64,000 nt of DNA from an uncultured Candidatus Rokubacteria bacterium. GTDB taxonomy: Bacteria > Methylomirabilota > Methylomirabilia > Rokubacteriales > CSP1-6. Shown in pieces: positions 49,014-57,819 of the stretch. The first letter of the stretch is position 1. Every line of letters begins with the position of its first letter. The stretch is taken from positions 28,209-92,208 of the forward strand of contig CAVVEU010000025.1 in assembly GCA_963747235.1 (NCBI GenBank). The letters run 5' to 3'. Both the position numbers and the translations under genes were made by a program. The notes under the pieces are model-generated. The model searched no databases. It saw only the letters and a program-made list of their open reading frames with translations, and was not told where the DNA came from.

Positions 49014-50627
49014 ATGACCGCCGCCGCGATCTCCCCCGCGCAGCTCGCCACGCTCCTCGAGCAGCCGTCCCCGCACGCCCTGCTGGACGTGCGCGAGCGC
49101 GCCGCCTTCGAGCGGGGCCACATCTACCGCGCGACCCCGCTGCCCCGGCGGCTCATCGAGCTGCGGCTGCCCGCGCTGGTGACCGCGCCCGGGACGCTGA
49201 TCGTCCTCTACGATGACGACGGGAGCCTCTCCACGCTCGCCGCCGCCACGCTGGCCGAGATGGGCTATACCGAGGTCTTCGTCCTGGCCGGCGGCCTCGA
49301 GGCCTGGCGGCACGCCGGCCAGCCGGTGGTCCAGGGCCTCAACGTGCCGAGCAAGGTCTTCGGCGAGCGGGTGCTCCACGACTTCAAGACGCCCGAGATC
49401 ACGTGCCTCGAGCTCTCCGCGCAGATGGCGGAAGGCCGCGACATGGTCATCGTGGACACGCGCACCCCGGAGGAGTATTCGCGCGGCTGCCTGCCGGGCG
49501 CGTGGAGCATGCCCGGCGGCGAGCTCGTGCTCCGCATCGGCGAGCTGGTGGCGAGCCCGGAGCAGACCATCGTCGTGCACTGTGGCGGGCGGACCCGCTC
49601 CTACCTGGGCGCCGAGTCGCTCCGCCGCATGGGGCTGCCCAACCCCATCGTGGCGGTGAAGAACGGCACGATGGGCTGGCAGCTCGACGGCCTCGAGCTC
49701 GAGCGCGGCGCGACGCGCTGGCCGCCCGCGCCGACGGAGAAGGGCCGCGCGCGCGCGGTCGAGATCGCCACCCGCGTGGCCGCGGAGGACGGCACCCCGC
49801 TCGTGTCGGCGGACGCGGTCGCGGATCGCTGGAGCCGGCGCAGCCGCGAGAACGTGACGATGTTCGACGTACGGACGCGGGAGGAGTACGACGCCGGGCA
49901 CGTGCCCGGCTCGAGCTGGGTGCCGGGCGGCCAGGCGGTGCAGGCCACCGACGACAACATGGCGGTGCGCGCGGGCTGGCTGGTCCTGATCTGCGACGGC
50001 TTCGGCCGCTCGATCATGACCGCGGGCTGGCTCAAGCGCATGGGCTTCCCCCACGTGGCGGTGCTGGAGGGCGGGGTGCCGGCATGGCAGCGCTCCGGCC
50101 GCCCGCTCGAGACCGGCGAGCCGGCCGTCACGCCGTTCGGCTTCGACGCGGCCCGCCGCGTGGTCGAGCAGGTCTCGCCCGGACCGGTCGGCGACGCGAT
50201 GGTGCTGAGCGTGGATCCGAGCGACGTCTACCAGCGCGGGCACCTGCCCGGCGCGCGGTGGATCGGACGCGGTCGGCTCGAGCTCCTCATCGGCGGCGCG
50301 GCGCCCGATACGCGCGCCGCCGTGCTCGTCACCTGCGCCGACGGCGTGCAGTCCACGCTGGCCGCGGCCACGCTGAGGCGCATGGGCTACGCCGCCGCCC
50401 GCGTGCTGGACGGCGGGCTCGCGGCCTGGAAGGCGGCCGGGCTCCCGGTGGAGACCGGAACCGGCGGCATGCTCGACGAGACGGACGACGTCGTGCAGAA
50501 GCCCTACGAGCGGGGGCGCGCCGCGATGGAGGCCTATCTCCGCTGGGAAGAAGCGCTCGACCAGCGCGGGGTGAGCCCGCACGAGCTCCTGCCCCCGCGC
50601 CCCGCGAATCCGGGAGGGAGCCGATGA
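49014..50627 (+). CDS. Four-domain rhodanese (sulfurtransferase)
   Basis: Four DVR/GH...L.GG..AW repeats; active-type VHCGGRTRS in domain 2; C-terminal PY...AMEAYLRWE. Confidence 0.9.
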   Translation: MTAAAISPAQLATLLEQPSPHALLDVRERAAFERGHIYRATPLPRRLIELRLPALVTAPGTLIVLYDDDGSLSTLAAATLAEMGYTEVFVLAGGLEAWRHAGQPVVQGLNVPSKVFGERVLHDFKTPEITCLELSAQMAEGRDMVIVDTRTPEEYSRGCLPGAWSMPGGELVLRIGELVASPEQTIVVHCGGRTRSYLGAESLRRMGLPNPIVAVKNGTMGWQLDGLELERGATRWPPAPTEKGRARAVEIATRVAAEDGTPLVSADAVADRWSRRSRENVTMFDVRTREEYDAGHVPGSSWVPGGQAVQATDDNMAVRAGWLVLICDGFGRSIMTAGWLKRMGFPHVAVLEGGVPAWQRSGRPLETGEPAVTPFGFDAARRVVEQVSPGPVGDAMVLSVDPSDVYQRGHLPGARWIGRGRLELLIGGAAPDTRAAVLVTCADGVQSTLAAATLRRMGYAAARVLDGGLAAWKAAGLPVETGTGGMLDETDDVVQKPYERGRAAMEAYLRWEEALDQRGVSPHELLPPRPANPGGSR

Positions 50628-51475
50628 CGTCGTTCGCGCAGGATCCGCTGGTGAGCACCGAGTGGCTGGCCGTCCACCTGGGCGAGCCCGACCTCAAGGT
50701 GGTGGACGCCACCTTCTACCTCCCGCACCTCAAGCGCGACGCGCGCGCCGAGTTCGAGCAGGCGCACCTGCCCGGCGCCGTCTTCTTCGACATCGAGACC
50801 ATCTCGGATCACGCGAACCCGCTCCCGCACATGCTGCCGGAGCCGCGGGCCTTCGCCGACGCGGTGGGCGCGCTCGGCATCGCGACCGGTGACCGCGTGG
50901 TGGCCTACGGCGGACGCGGGCTGATCGCCTCCGCGCGCGTGTGGTGGACGTTCCGCGTGTTCGGCCACGAGCGGGTGGCGGTGCTCGACGGCGGCGCGGC
51001 CAAGTGGAAGCAGGAAGGCCGGCCGGTCGAGTCGGGCACGCCCGTCCCGGCCCCGCGGCCGTTCGCGGCCACGCTCCACAAGGAGCTGGTGGCCGATCTC
51101 GACCGCGTGCTCGCCACGCTCGAGCGGCGCGACGCGCAGATCATCGACGCGCGCTCACGCGGGCGCTTCGCGGCCACCGAGCCCGAGATCCGGCCCGGCC
51201 TCCGGGGCGGCCACATTCCCGGGAGCCTGAACCTGCCGTATAACGAGCTGTTCTCGCCCGACGACGACGTGCTGCGCCCGGAGGCGGACGTGCGCGGCGC
51301 CTTCCAGGGCGCGGGCCTCGACCTGGCGCGCCCGGTGGTCGCCACCTGCGGCTCCGGCGTGAGCGCGGCGGTGCTGGCGCTCGCGATGTACCGGCTGGGC
51401 CGGCGCGACGCGGCGGTGTACGACGGCTCGTGGACCGAGTGGGGCGGCCGCCGCGACACGCCCGTCGCGCCCTGA
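50624..51475 (+). CDS. sseA: 3-mercaptopyruvate sulfurtransferase
   Basis: LVSTEWL, HLPGAVFFD, LPHMLP, GHIPGS, CGSGVSA, YDGSWTEW. Confidence 0.92.
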   Translation: MTSFAQDPLVSTEWLAVHLGEPDLKVVDATFYLPHLKRDARAEFEQAHLPGAVFFDIETISDHANPLPHMLPEPRAFADAVGALGIATGDRVVAYGGRGLIASARVWWTFRVFGHERVAVLDGGAAKWKQEGRPVESGTPVPAPRPFAATLHKELVADLDRVLATLERRDAQIIDARSRGRFAATEPEIRPGLRGGHIPGSLNLPYNELFSPDDDVLRPEADVRGAFQGAGLDLARPVVATCGSGVSAAVLALAMYRLGRRDAAVYDGSWTEWGGRRDTPVAP

Positions 51476-51500
51476 CCGCCCACCGACTGGAGAATCGACG

Positions 51501-52064
51501 ATGACGTCCGAGACCTATACGCTCGAGCAGTTCGTGGCGGACCTCGACCACATCACCACGCGCGAGACCGCGCCCGAGGCCATCACCACCCAGATCGCGC
51601 CCCTGCTCGGCCGATTGGTGGCGAACCCCGACGCGATCCCCGCCCGGTTCCGCGGGCGAGCCCCGGACGGCGGGCGCGGGCGCTTCATGCTCCACCGCGC
51701 CCCCCGCTTCAACGTCACCGCGGTGGTGTGGCGGCCCGGCGACCGCGCGGCCGCCCACAACCACGAGACGTGGGGCGTGATCGGGGTCATCGACAACGAG
51801 ATCGAGGAGACGCGCTATCGCGTGACCGAGCACGCGGGCGGCAACGCCACGGTCGCCGTCACGAGCGTGACTCGCCACGGGGCCGGCGCGGTGTCGCGCC
51901 TGGTGCCGCCGACCGACGAGGTGCACGGCATGCACAACCCGACCACGCGCGACACGGTGGAGATCCACGTGTACGGGCGTGATCTCTACGGGCTGCAGCG
52001 GAAGACGTGGGCCGCCGACGGCCGTGTCTCGCCGCTCGTCAGTGCGAGATACGCCAACTGCTGA
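51501..52064 (+). CDS. Cysteine/thiol dioxygenase family cupin
   Basis: VWRPG...HNHETWG, EVHGMHN, EIHVYG (3-His metal site). Confidence 0.85.
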   Translation: MTSETYTLEQFVADLDHITTRETAPEAITTQIAPLLGRLVANPDAIPARFRGRAPDGGRGRFMLHRAPRFNVTAVVWRPGDRAAAHNHETWGVIGVIDNEIEETRYRVTEHAGGNATVAVTSVTRHGAGAVSRLVPPTDEVHGMHNPTTRDTVEIHVYGRDLYGLQRKTWAADGRVSPLVSARYANC

Positions 52065-52095
52065 CCCACCCACCACTCATCAGGAGGACCACCAC

Positions 52096-52731
52096 ATGTC
52101 GCTGAGACTCGGAGACACCGCGCCCGATTTCACCGCCGAGACCACCCAGGGACCGGTCAAGTTCCACGACTGGATCGGGGACGGCTGGGCGATCCTCTTC
52201 TCCCACCCGCGCGACTACACCCCGGTGTGCACCACCGAGCTGGGCTACGTGGCGCGGCTCGCGGGCGAGTTCGCCAAGCGGAACGTCAAGTGCATCGGGC
52301 TCTCGATCGACCCGCTGGACTCGCACAAGGGCTGGATGGCCGACATCAAGGAGACGCAGGGCCACGAGCCCAAGTTCCCAGTAATAGCCGATCCTTCAAA
52401 ACAAATCGCGAACCTCTACGGCATGATGCACCCCGCGCACGACGAGGTGTACACCGTGCGCACCGTGTTCGTGATCGACCCCAAGAAGAAGATCCGGCTG
52501 ATGATCACGTATCCCCAGACCACCGGCCGCAACTTCGACGAGATCCTGCGCGTGATCGACTCGCTCCAGCTCACCGACGGCTACCGCGTGGCCACCCCGG
52601 TGAACTGGAAGCCGGGCGAGGACGTGATCATCGTGCCCGCGGTCACCGACGAGGAGGCCAAGGCCAAGTTCCCCAAGGGCTGGAAGGCGCTCAAGCCCTA
52701 CCTGCGCCTCACCCCGCAGCCGAACAAGTAG
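52096..52731 (+). CDS. 1-Cys peroxiredoxin (Prx6/LsfA type)
   Basis: AGGAGG RBS; FSHPRDYTPVCTTE, GRNFDEILR, ATPVNW. Confidence 0.94.
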   Translation: MSLRLGDTAPDFTAETTQGPVKFHDWIGDGWAILFSHPRDYTPVCTTELGYVARLAGEFAKRNVKCIGLSIDPLDSHKGWMADIKETQGHEPKFPVIADPSKQIANLYGMMHPAHDEVYTVRTVFVIDPKKKIRLMITYPQTTGRNFDEILRVIDSLQLTDGYRVATPVNWKPGEDVIIVPAVTDEEAKAKFPKGWKALKPYLRLTPQPNK

Positions 52732-52753
52732 CGGCCTCGGGTCGCGTCTCCCG

Positions 52754-53875
52754 ATGAATGGCGCCGACGTCCTCGTGGTCGGAGCGGGGTGCGTCGGCGC
52801 CAACGTGGCCTATCGCCTGGCCGAGCGCGGGGCCACCGTGACCGTGCTCGACGCGGGCGCTCCCGGCGGTGGCACGTCCGGGGCGAGCTTCGCGTGGACG
52901 AACTCCTTCAACAAGACGCCGCGCGACTACCACGATCTCAACGTCGCGAGTATGGACGAGCACGCCGGCCTCGCCAAGGAGCTGGGCGGCGGCGGCTGGC
53001 TCCACCAGGACGGCGCGCTCGCGTGGGAGGAAGGGCCGGTCGGCCTCGCCCGGCTCGGGCAGGCCGTCGAGCGCCTCACCGGCTGGGGCTACGCGGTCGA
53101 GCGGATCTCGCCGCGGCAGGCGCGCGAGATCGAGCCGGATCTCCACATCGCGCCGGTGGTCGAGCAGGTGGTGTGGACCCCGGGCGAAGGCTACGTGGAG
53201 GTGGTCCCCTTCATCGGCGCGCTGCTCGCCGAGGCCACGCGGCGGCGCGCCCGCGTGCTCCCCGGCCGGCGCGTGACCGCGGTGACCCGCTCGGGCGCGC
53301 GCGTGCGCGGCGTGACCACCGAGCGCGGCGAGCGCTTCGAGGCCGACTGGGTGGTGGCCTGCGCGGGCGCGGCCATGGACGAGATCGCCCGCCTGGCCGG
53401 CGTGGCGATCCCGATCGATCGCGTCCCCGGCCGGCTGATCTACACCGCGCCGGTGGCCACCACGCTCCGGCGCCCGATCCACGCACCCGGCTGCCACTTC
53501 CGCCCGGACGGGGGCGGCCGCATCGTGCTCGCGGAGGGCGCGCACGACCAGGTCTGGGCCGAGGCCGCCCCGCCCTGGCCGCCCGAGCTCTCGCTCGCGA
53601 CGGTGGCGGCGCACCTGCCCGCGCTGGAGGGCGCGCGGGTCGAGGCCACGCGCATCGGCGTGCGCCCGATGCCGCGCGACGAGCGCCCGATGGTCGGCGG
53701 CATCCCCGGCCTCGACGGCTTCTACGTGGTCGCCTCGCACAGTGGCGTCACGCTCGGCCCCCTCTGGGGCCGTGTCGTCGCCGCCGAGCTCCTCGACGGC
53801 GCCCTCGACCCGCGCCTCGGCCCCTACCGCCCCGCCCGCTTCCTGCAGGAGATCGGACGCTCCGCGACGTCTTGA
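52754..53875 (+). CDS. FAD-dependent oxidoreductase, DAO/glycine oxidase family
   Basis: VVGAGCVGA, GTSGASFAW, GVRPMPRDERP, HSGVTLGP. Confidence 0.88.
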   Translation: MNGADVLVVGAGCVGANVAYRLAERGATVTVLDAGAPGGGTSGASFAWTNSFNKTPRDYHDLNVASMDEHAGLAKELGGGGWLHQDGALAWEEGPVGLARLGQAVERLTGWGYAVERISPRQAREIEPDLHIAPVVEQVVWTPGEGYVEVVPFIGALLAEATRRRARVLPGRRVTAVTRSGARVRGVTTERGERFEADWVVACAGAAMDEIARLAGVAIPIDRVPGRLIYTAPVATTLRRPIHAPGCHFRPDGGGRIVLAEGAHDQVWAEAAPPWPPELSLATVAAHLPALEGARVEATRIGVRPMPRDERPMVGGIPGLDGFYVVASHSGVTLGPLWGRVVAAELLDGALDPRLGPYRPARFLQEIGRSATS

Positions 53876-53975
53876 GGTATTCTTCCGCGCGAAGACCGCC
53901 GCCCCTCGCGCATCGGGCGCGCCTGGCGGCGACCCCCGATCCCGCCCCGAAGCGTCGACCGAAAAGGAGCTGACC

Positions 53976-55097
53976 ATGCGCGTCGGCATCCGAACGACTC
54001 TCGCCCTCCTGCTCGTCCTGGCCTTCGTGCCGCTCACGGCCCACGCCTGGGACCGCAGGAACGTGGAGACCTTCGCGACGCTGCCGGCGGGCGAACGTCA
54101 CCCCGAGGGCATCACCGCGGACAAGCGCGGCAACATCTACGTCACCACGTTCGACATCGCTCGCGCCGGCACGGCGGGCGAGGTCGGCCATCTCTTCGTC
54201 TACCGGAACGACGGGCGATTGCTCCGGAAGGTCCTGGTCCAGAACTCGAGCCCGCTCCTCCTCGATCTCGCCTTCTCGCCGACTGATCCTCGGGCGCTCC
54301 TCGTCATCGATTTCGGCGGCGCCAAGGTTCTGAAGGTCGATTCCATGACCGGCGCCTCGGAGGTGTTCGCGACCATCCCCGACGACCCCAGCATTCCGGG
54401 CGCGCCGGGGCCCAATGTCCTCACCTTCGACGACGCGGGGAACGTGTACATCTCGGACTCCTTCCAGGGCGCCATCTGGCGGACGGGGCCGGTCGGAGGC
54501 ATCGCCGGACCGGGCGGCAAGGACGCGGCGCTGTGGGTCGCGAACGCGCTGCTGAAGACGACCGGAGTACCCGGGTTCGGCGCCAACGGTCTCGCGTTCA
54601 ACAACGCCCAGACCGCGCTCTTCGTCGCCAACACGGGCAACGACACGATTGTGAAGATCCCGGTCACGCCGAGCCCAACGGGTCCGGTGGCGGGCACGCC
54701 GGCGGTGTTCGTCAACAGCGTCAACGGAGCCGACGGCCTGATCATCGACAAGCACGACAATCTCTGGGTCGCCGCCAACCAGTCCGACGAGATCGTGGTC
54801 ATCAACTCGTCGGGCCGCGCGGTCGCCAAGCTCGGCGACTTCGACGGGATCGACCACGCGGGACGGCCCAAGGGACTGCTCTTCCCCGCGAGCCTCGTGC
54901 GCCACGGCGACTTCATCTACGTCACGAACCTCGCCATCGACCTCCGGGCGTTCGACACTCCGGGCGCGCAGACGAACGGGACGATCGCCTCCCAGTGGGC
55001 GGCCGAGGTGACCATCCACACGATCTCGAGGATCCGCGCCCGCGTTCCCCGCATCGACGGTCTCCCGAAGGCCGGCGACATGGACGACGACGACTGA
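53976..55097 (+). CDS. Secreted SMP-30/gluconolactonase/LRE-like beta-propeller
   Basis: AAGGAG RBS, signal peptide ending AHA; PEGI, PNVLTFD, ANGLAF, ADGLIID. Confidence 0.82.
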   Translation: MRVGIRTTLALLLVLAFVPLTAHAWDRRNVETFATLPAGERHPEGITADKRGNIYVTTFDIARAGTAGEVGHLFVYRNDGRLLRKVLVQNSSPLLLDLAFSPTDPRALLVIDFGGAKVLKVDSMTGASEVFATIPDDPSIPGAPGPNVLTFDDAGNVYISDSFQGAIWRTGPVGGIAGPGGKDAALWVANALLKTTGVPGFGANGLAFNNAQTALFVANTGNDTIVKIPVTPSPTGPVAGTPAVFVNSVNGADGLIIDKHDNLWVAANQSDEIVVINSSGRAVAKLGDFDGIDHAGRPKGLLFPASLVRHGDFIYVTNLAIDLRAFDTPGAQTNGTIASQWAAEVTIHTISRIRARVPRIDGLPKAGDMDDDD

Positions 55098-55116
55098 TCG
55101 TCTTGCGCGATCCGGT

Positions 55117-56748
55117 GTGACGACTTCCGCCCGGCCGGCGGCGGGCCCCATCGAGCCGCGCCACCCGCGGGCCTGGCTCCTCGCGCTCTGCGTGGCCCTG
55201 CTGGCCATCGCGTGGACGAATCGCTTTCTCCAGGACGACGCGTACATCGTGCTCCGGTATGCCCGACACCTGGCCGCCGGGCAGGGCCTGGTGTGGAACG
55301 TCGGCGAGCGGGTCGAGGGGTATTCGAGCTTCCTCCATACGGTGCTGATGGCGACCCCGTACCTGCTCGGGGTCGACCCGGTCGCGGCGGCCCACGCGCT
55401 CGGCCTCGCCTGCTTCGCGGGCGCGCTGGTCGCGACGTTCGCCGCCGCCCGATGGACCTTCGGGTCCGAGGGATCGGGACTCCTCACCGTCGCGCTGCTC
55501 GGGACGAACTACACGTTCAGCACGTTCGCGACCGGCGGCCTCGAGACCTCCCTGCACGCCTTGCTCATCTGCGTCGGCCTGTGGCTGGTGGCGCGCGGCC
55601 AGGCGCGGGGATGGACCCCTCCCGCGCTCCTCCTGCTCTCCGTCGTCACGGGGCTGCTCATGCTCACGCGCCCCGATTCCGCGGTGCCCGGCGCGCTCCT
55701 GATCGGGGTGGCCCTGTGGCGCCTGCGCCGCGGCGCCGCGCTGGGGTGGCGCTCCGCGACCGCGCTGGCCCTGCCCGCCGCGGCGATGGTCGGCGCCTGG
55801 CTCGCCTGGAAAGTGTCGTACTACGGCGAGCTCCTGCCCAACACCTACTATGTCAAGGTCGCGTCCCCCACGTCGCTCTACAACGGCGCGCGCTATCTCT
55901 ATCTCTTCGGCCTGTCCTACGGATTGCTGCCGCTGGCGCTGCTCGCCATCCCCCTCGCGCCGCGCCTCCGCCGCGATTCGCGGGACGCGCTCATCGTCTC
56001 GATCGGGTTCGCCATCCTGTGGCTCGCCTACATCCTCCGGATCGGCGGGGATTTCATGGAGTTCCGGTTCCTGGTGCCGATCCTGCCCTCGCTGATGCTG
56101 CTCGTGGTGTGGACGATCCTGGCGATCCCGGCCGGCCCCGTGGTCCGCCTGGGGCTCGTCGCGCTCGTGCTGGTCGGGAGCCTGCATCACGCGCTGGTGT
56201 TCGACCGCTGGCCGCGCGGCCAGGGCCCGGAATCCCGGCGCGATCTCGAAGGCCACCTGATCGCGCCGGATCAGAACTGGGTCGGAATTGGCAAGGCATT
56301 GGCCGCCGGGGTGGGCGCAGACCGATCGGTGATGATCGCGGTCAGCCCGGCGGGCGCCATCCCGTACTACTCCGGACTGCCCGCCATCGACATGATCGGG
56401 CTCACCGACTCGTGGGTCGCGCGTCACGGTGACCGCATGGGGACCTGGCCCGGTCACCAGCGCGTGGCGCCGTATCACTATCTCGCCCGACGTGGGGTCA
56501 ATCTGCTCATCGGCCATCCCGTGCTGCGCCACACGAGCCTCCCGCGCGTCGCGGCGTACCCCTTCGAGTACGTCCGGGGGCTCATGCTGCCCGGCGCCGA
56601 CCCTCAGACGCTGCCGGTCACGACCCGGGTCGTCGAGATGCCGGTCGAGCACGGATACTATCTCCCGATGCTCTACGTCCGGTCCCATCCGGTCATCGAG
56701 GAGCTCCTGGCCGGTGGCGCGTGGCGCGAGGCCCGTCTGGCGCGCTAG
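55117..56748 (+). CDS. GT-C fold polytopic glycosyltransferase (AftB-like)
   Basis: QDDAYI..RYA...GQGLVWNVGERVEGYSS, GLET, TRPD, YYGELLPNTYYVK, GGDFMEFRFL. Confidence 0.78.
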   Translation: MTTSARPAAGPIEPRHPRAWLLALCVALLAIAWTNRFLQDDAYIVLRYARHLAAGQGLVWNVGERVEGYSSFLHTVLMATPYLLGVDPVAAAHALGLACFAGALVATFAAARWTFGSEGSGLLTVALLGTNYTFSTFATGGLETSLHALLICVGLWLVARGQARGWTPPALLLLSVVTGLLMLTRPDSAVPGALLIGVALWRLRRGAALGWRSATALALPAAAMVGAWLAWKVSYYGELLPNTYYVKVASPTSLYNGARYLYLFGLSYGLLPLALLAIPLAPRLRRDSRDALIVSIGFAILWLAYILRIGGDFMEFRFLVPILPSLMLLVVWTILAIPAGPVVRLGLVALVLVGSLHHALVFDRWPRGQGPESRRDLEGHLIAPDQNWVGIGKALAAGVGADRSVMIAVSPAGAIPYYSGLPAIDMIGLTDSWVARHGDRMGTWPGHQRVAPYHYLARRGVNLLIGHPVLRHTSLPRVAAYPFEYVRGLMLPGADPQTLPVTTRVVEMPVEHGYYLPMLYVRSHPVIEELLAGGAWREARLAR

Positions 56749-56756
56749 CTCCACGT

Positions 56757-56785
56757 TTGACCTGCCCCGGACGATCTGGCAGGAT
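56757..56785 (+). promoter_or_regulatory. Promoter with overlapping palindromic operator for the TRAP-UbiD operon
   Basis: TTGACC-N17-CAGGAT (TG-extended) overlapped by CCTGCC-N11-GGCAGG. Confidence 0.55.
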
Positions 56786-56835
56786 CACGCGATGGCCCTG
56801 CCCCCCGAAGGAGCACCGGCCAAAGGAGAGACCGA

Positions 56836-57819
56836 ATGAAAGTGCTGCTCGCGCTGATGCTCGTCCTGGCGGTCGGGGTGTCGGCGGTGCCGGCCCAGGC
56901 GCCGGCGCAGGTCAATCTCGCCTTCGCCACACTGGATACCGGCAGCGCCTGGTACGTCTACGGCGCCACCATGGCCGAGCTCCTGCGCAAGACCCTGCCG
57001 CCCGGCTCGAACATCGACGTCAAGCCACGCGCCGGCGGCGTCGGCAACCCGCGCCTGGTGGCCAAGAACGAGACGCCGCTCGGCCTGTCCTTCACGGTGA
57101 CCAACCGCTGGGCGCTGGAAGGCAAGGAGGCCTACACCGAGAAGCTCGAGAACATCCGCGCTCTCGTGGGCGGCTTCGACACCTACTATCTCGTCGCGAT
57201 GGCCACGAAGAAGCTCGGGATCACCTCGGTGCGAGAGATCCGCGAGAAGAAGCTGCCGATCCGCGTCTACACCCAGCCGGTCGGGTCGCTCGGCGAGTTC
57301 GCCGGGCGCCAGGTGCTGCGCGCGGCCGGCCTCGGCTACGCCGAGATCAAGGGCTTCGGCGGCTCCACGCAGCACGTGGGCTACAACGTCATCATCGACG
57401 CCTTCAAGGACGGCCGCGCCGACGTCCTGTTCGCGGTGGTGACCCCCAAGCATCCGTCGGTGAGCGAGATCGTGTCCTCGGTGGACGTGGAGTTCCTCGG
57501 CCTCGACGCGGACACCGCGAAGGCGCTGCTGCCGCTCGGCTACACCGCGGCCACCATGCCGCCCGAGACCTTCAAGAACCAGTCGAAGCCGGTGAGCACG
57601 GTGGGCTTCCCCACGGTGCTGATCACCAACAAGGAGCTGCCGGAGCCGATCGCCTACACGGTGACGAAGACGGTCCTGGAGAACAAGGACGCGCTCGTGC
57701 GCGGCCACGCCGGGCTGGCCGAGTTCGAGCCGCGGACGGCGTGGCAGCCCGACAAGGTCGGCATCCCCCTGCATCCGGGTGCCGAGCGGGCGTACCGCGA
57801 GAAGGGGTGGATGAAATAG
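56836..57819 (+). CDS. TAXI-family TRAP transporter solute-binding protein
   Basis: Signal peptide; TLDTGSAWY, GGVGN, GSLGE, IPLHPGAERAYREKG. Confidence 0.9.
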   Translation: MKVLLALMLVLAVGVSAVPAQAPAQVNLAFATLDTGSAWYVYGATMAELLRKTLPPGSNIDVKPRAGGVGNPRLVAKNETPLGLSFTVTNRWALEGKEAYTEKLENIRALVGGFDTYYLVAMATKKLGITSVREIREKKLPIRVYTQPVGSLGEFAGRQVLRAAGLGYAEIKGFGGSTQHVGYNVIIDAFKDGRADVLFAVVTPKHPSVSEIVSSVDVEFLGLDADTAKALLPLGYTAATMPPETFKNQSKPVSTVGFPTVLITNKELPEPIAYTVTKTVLENKDALVRGHAGLAEFEPRTAWQPDKVGIPLHPGAERAYREKGWMK

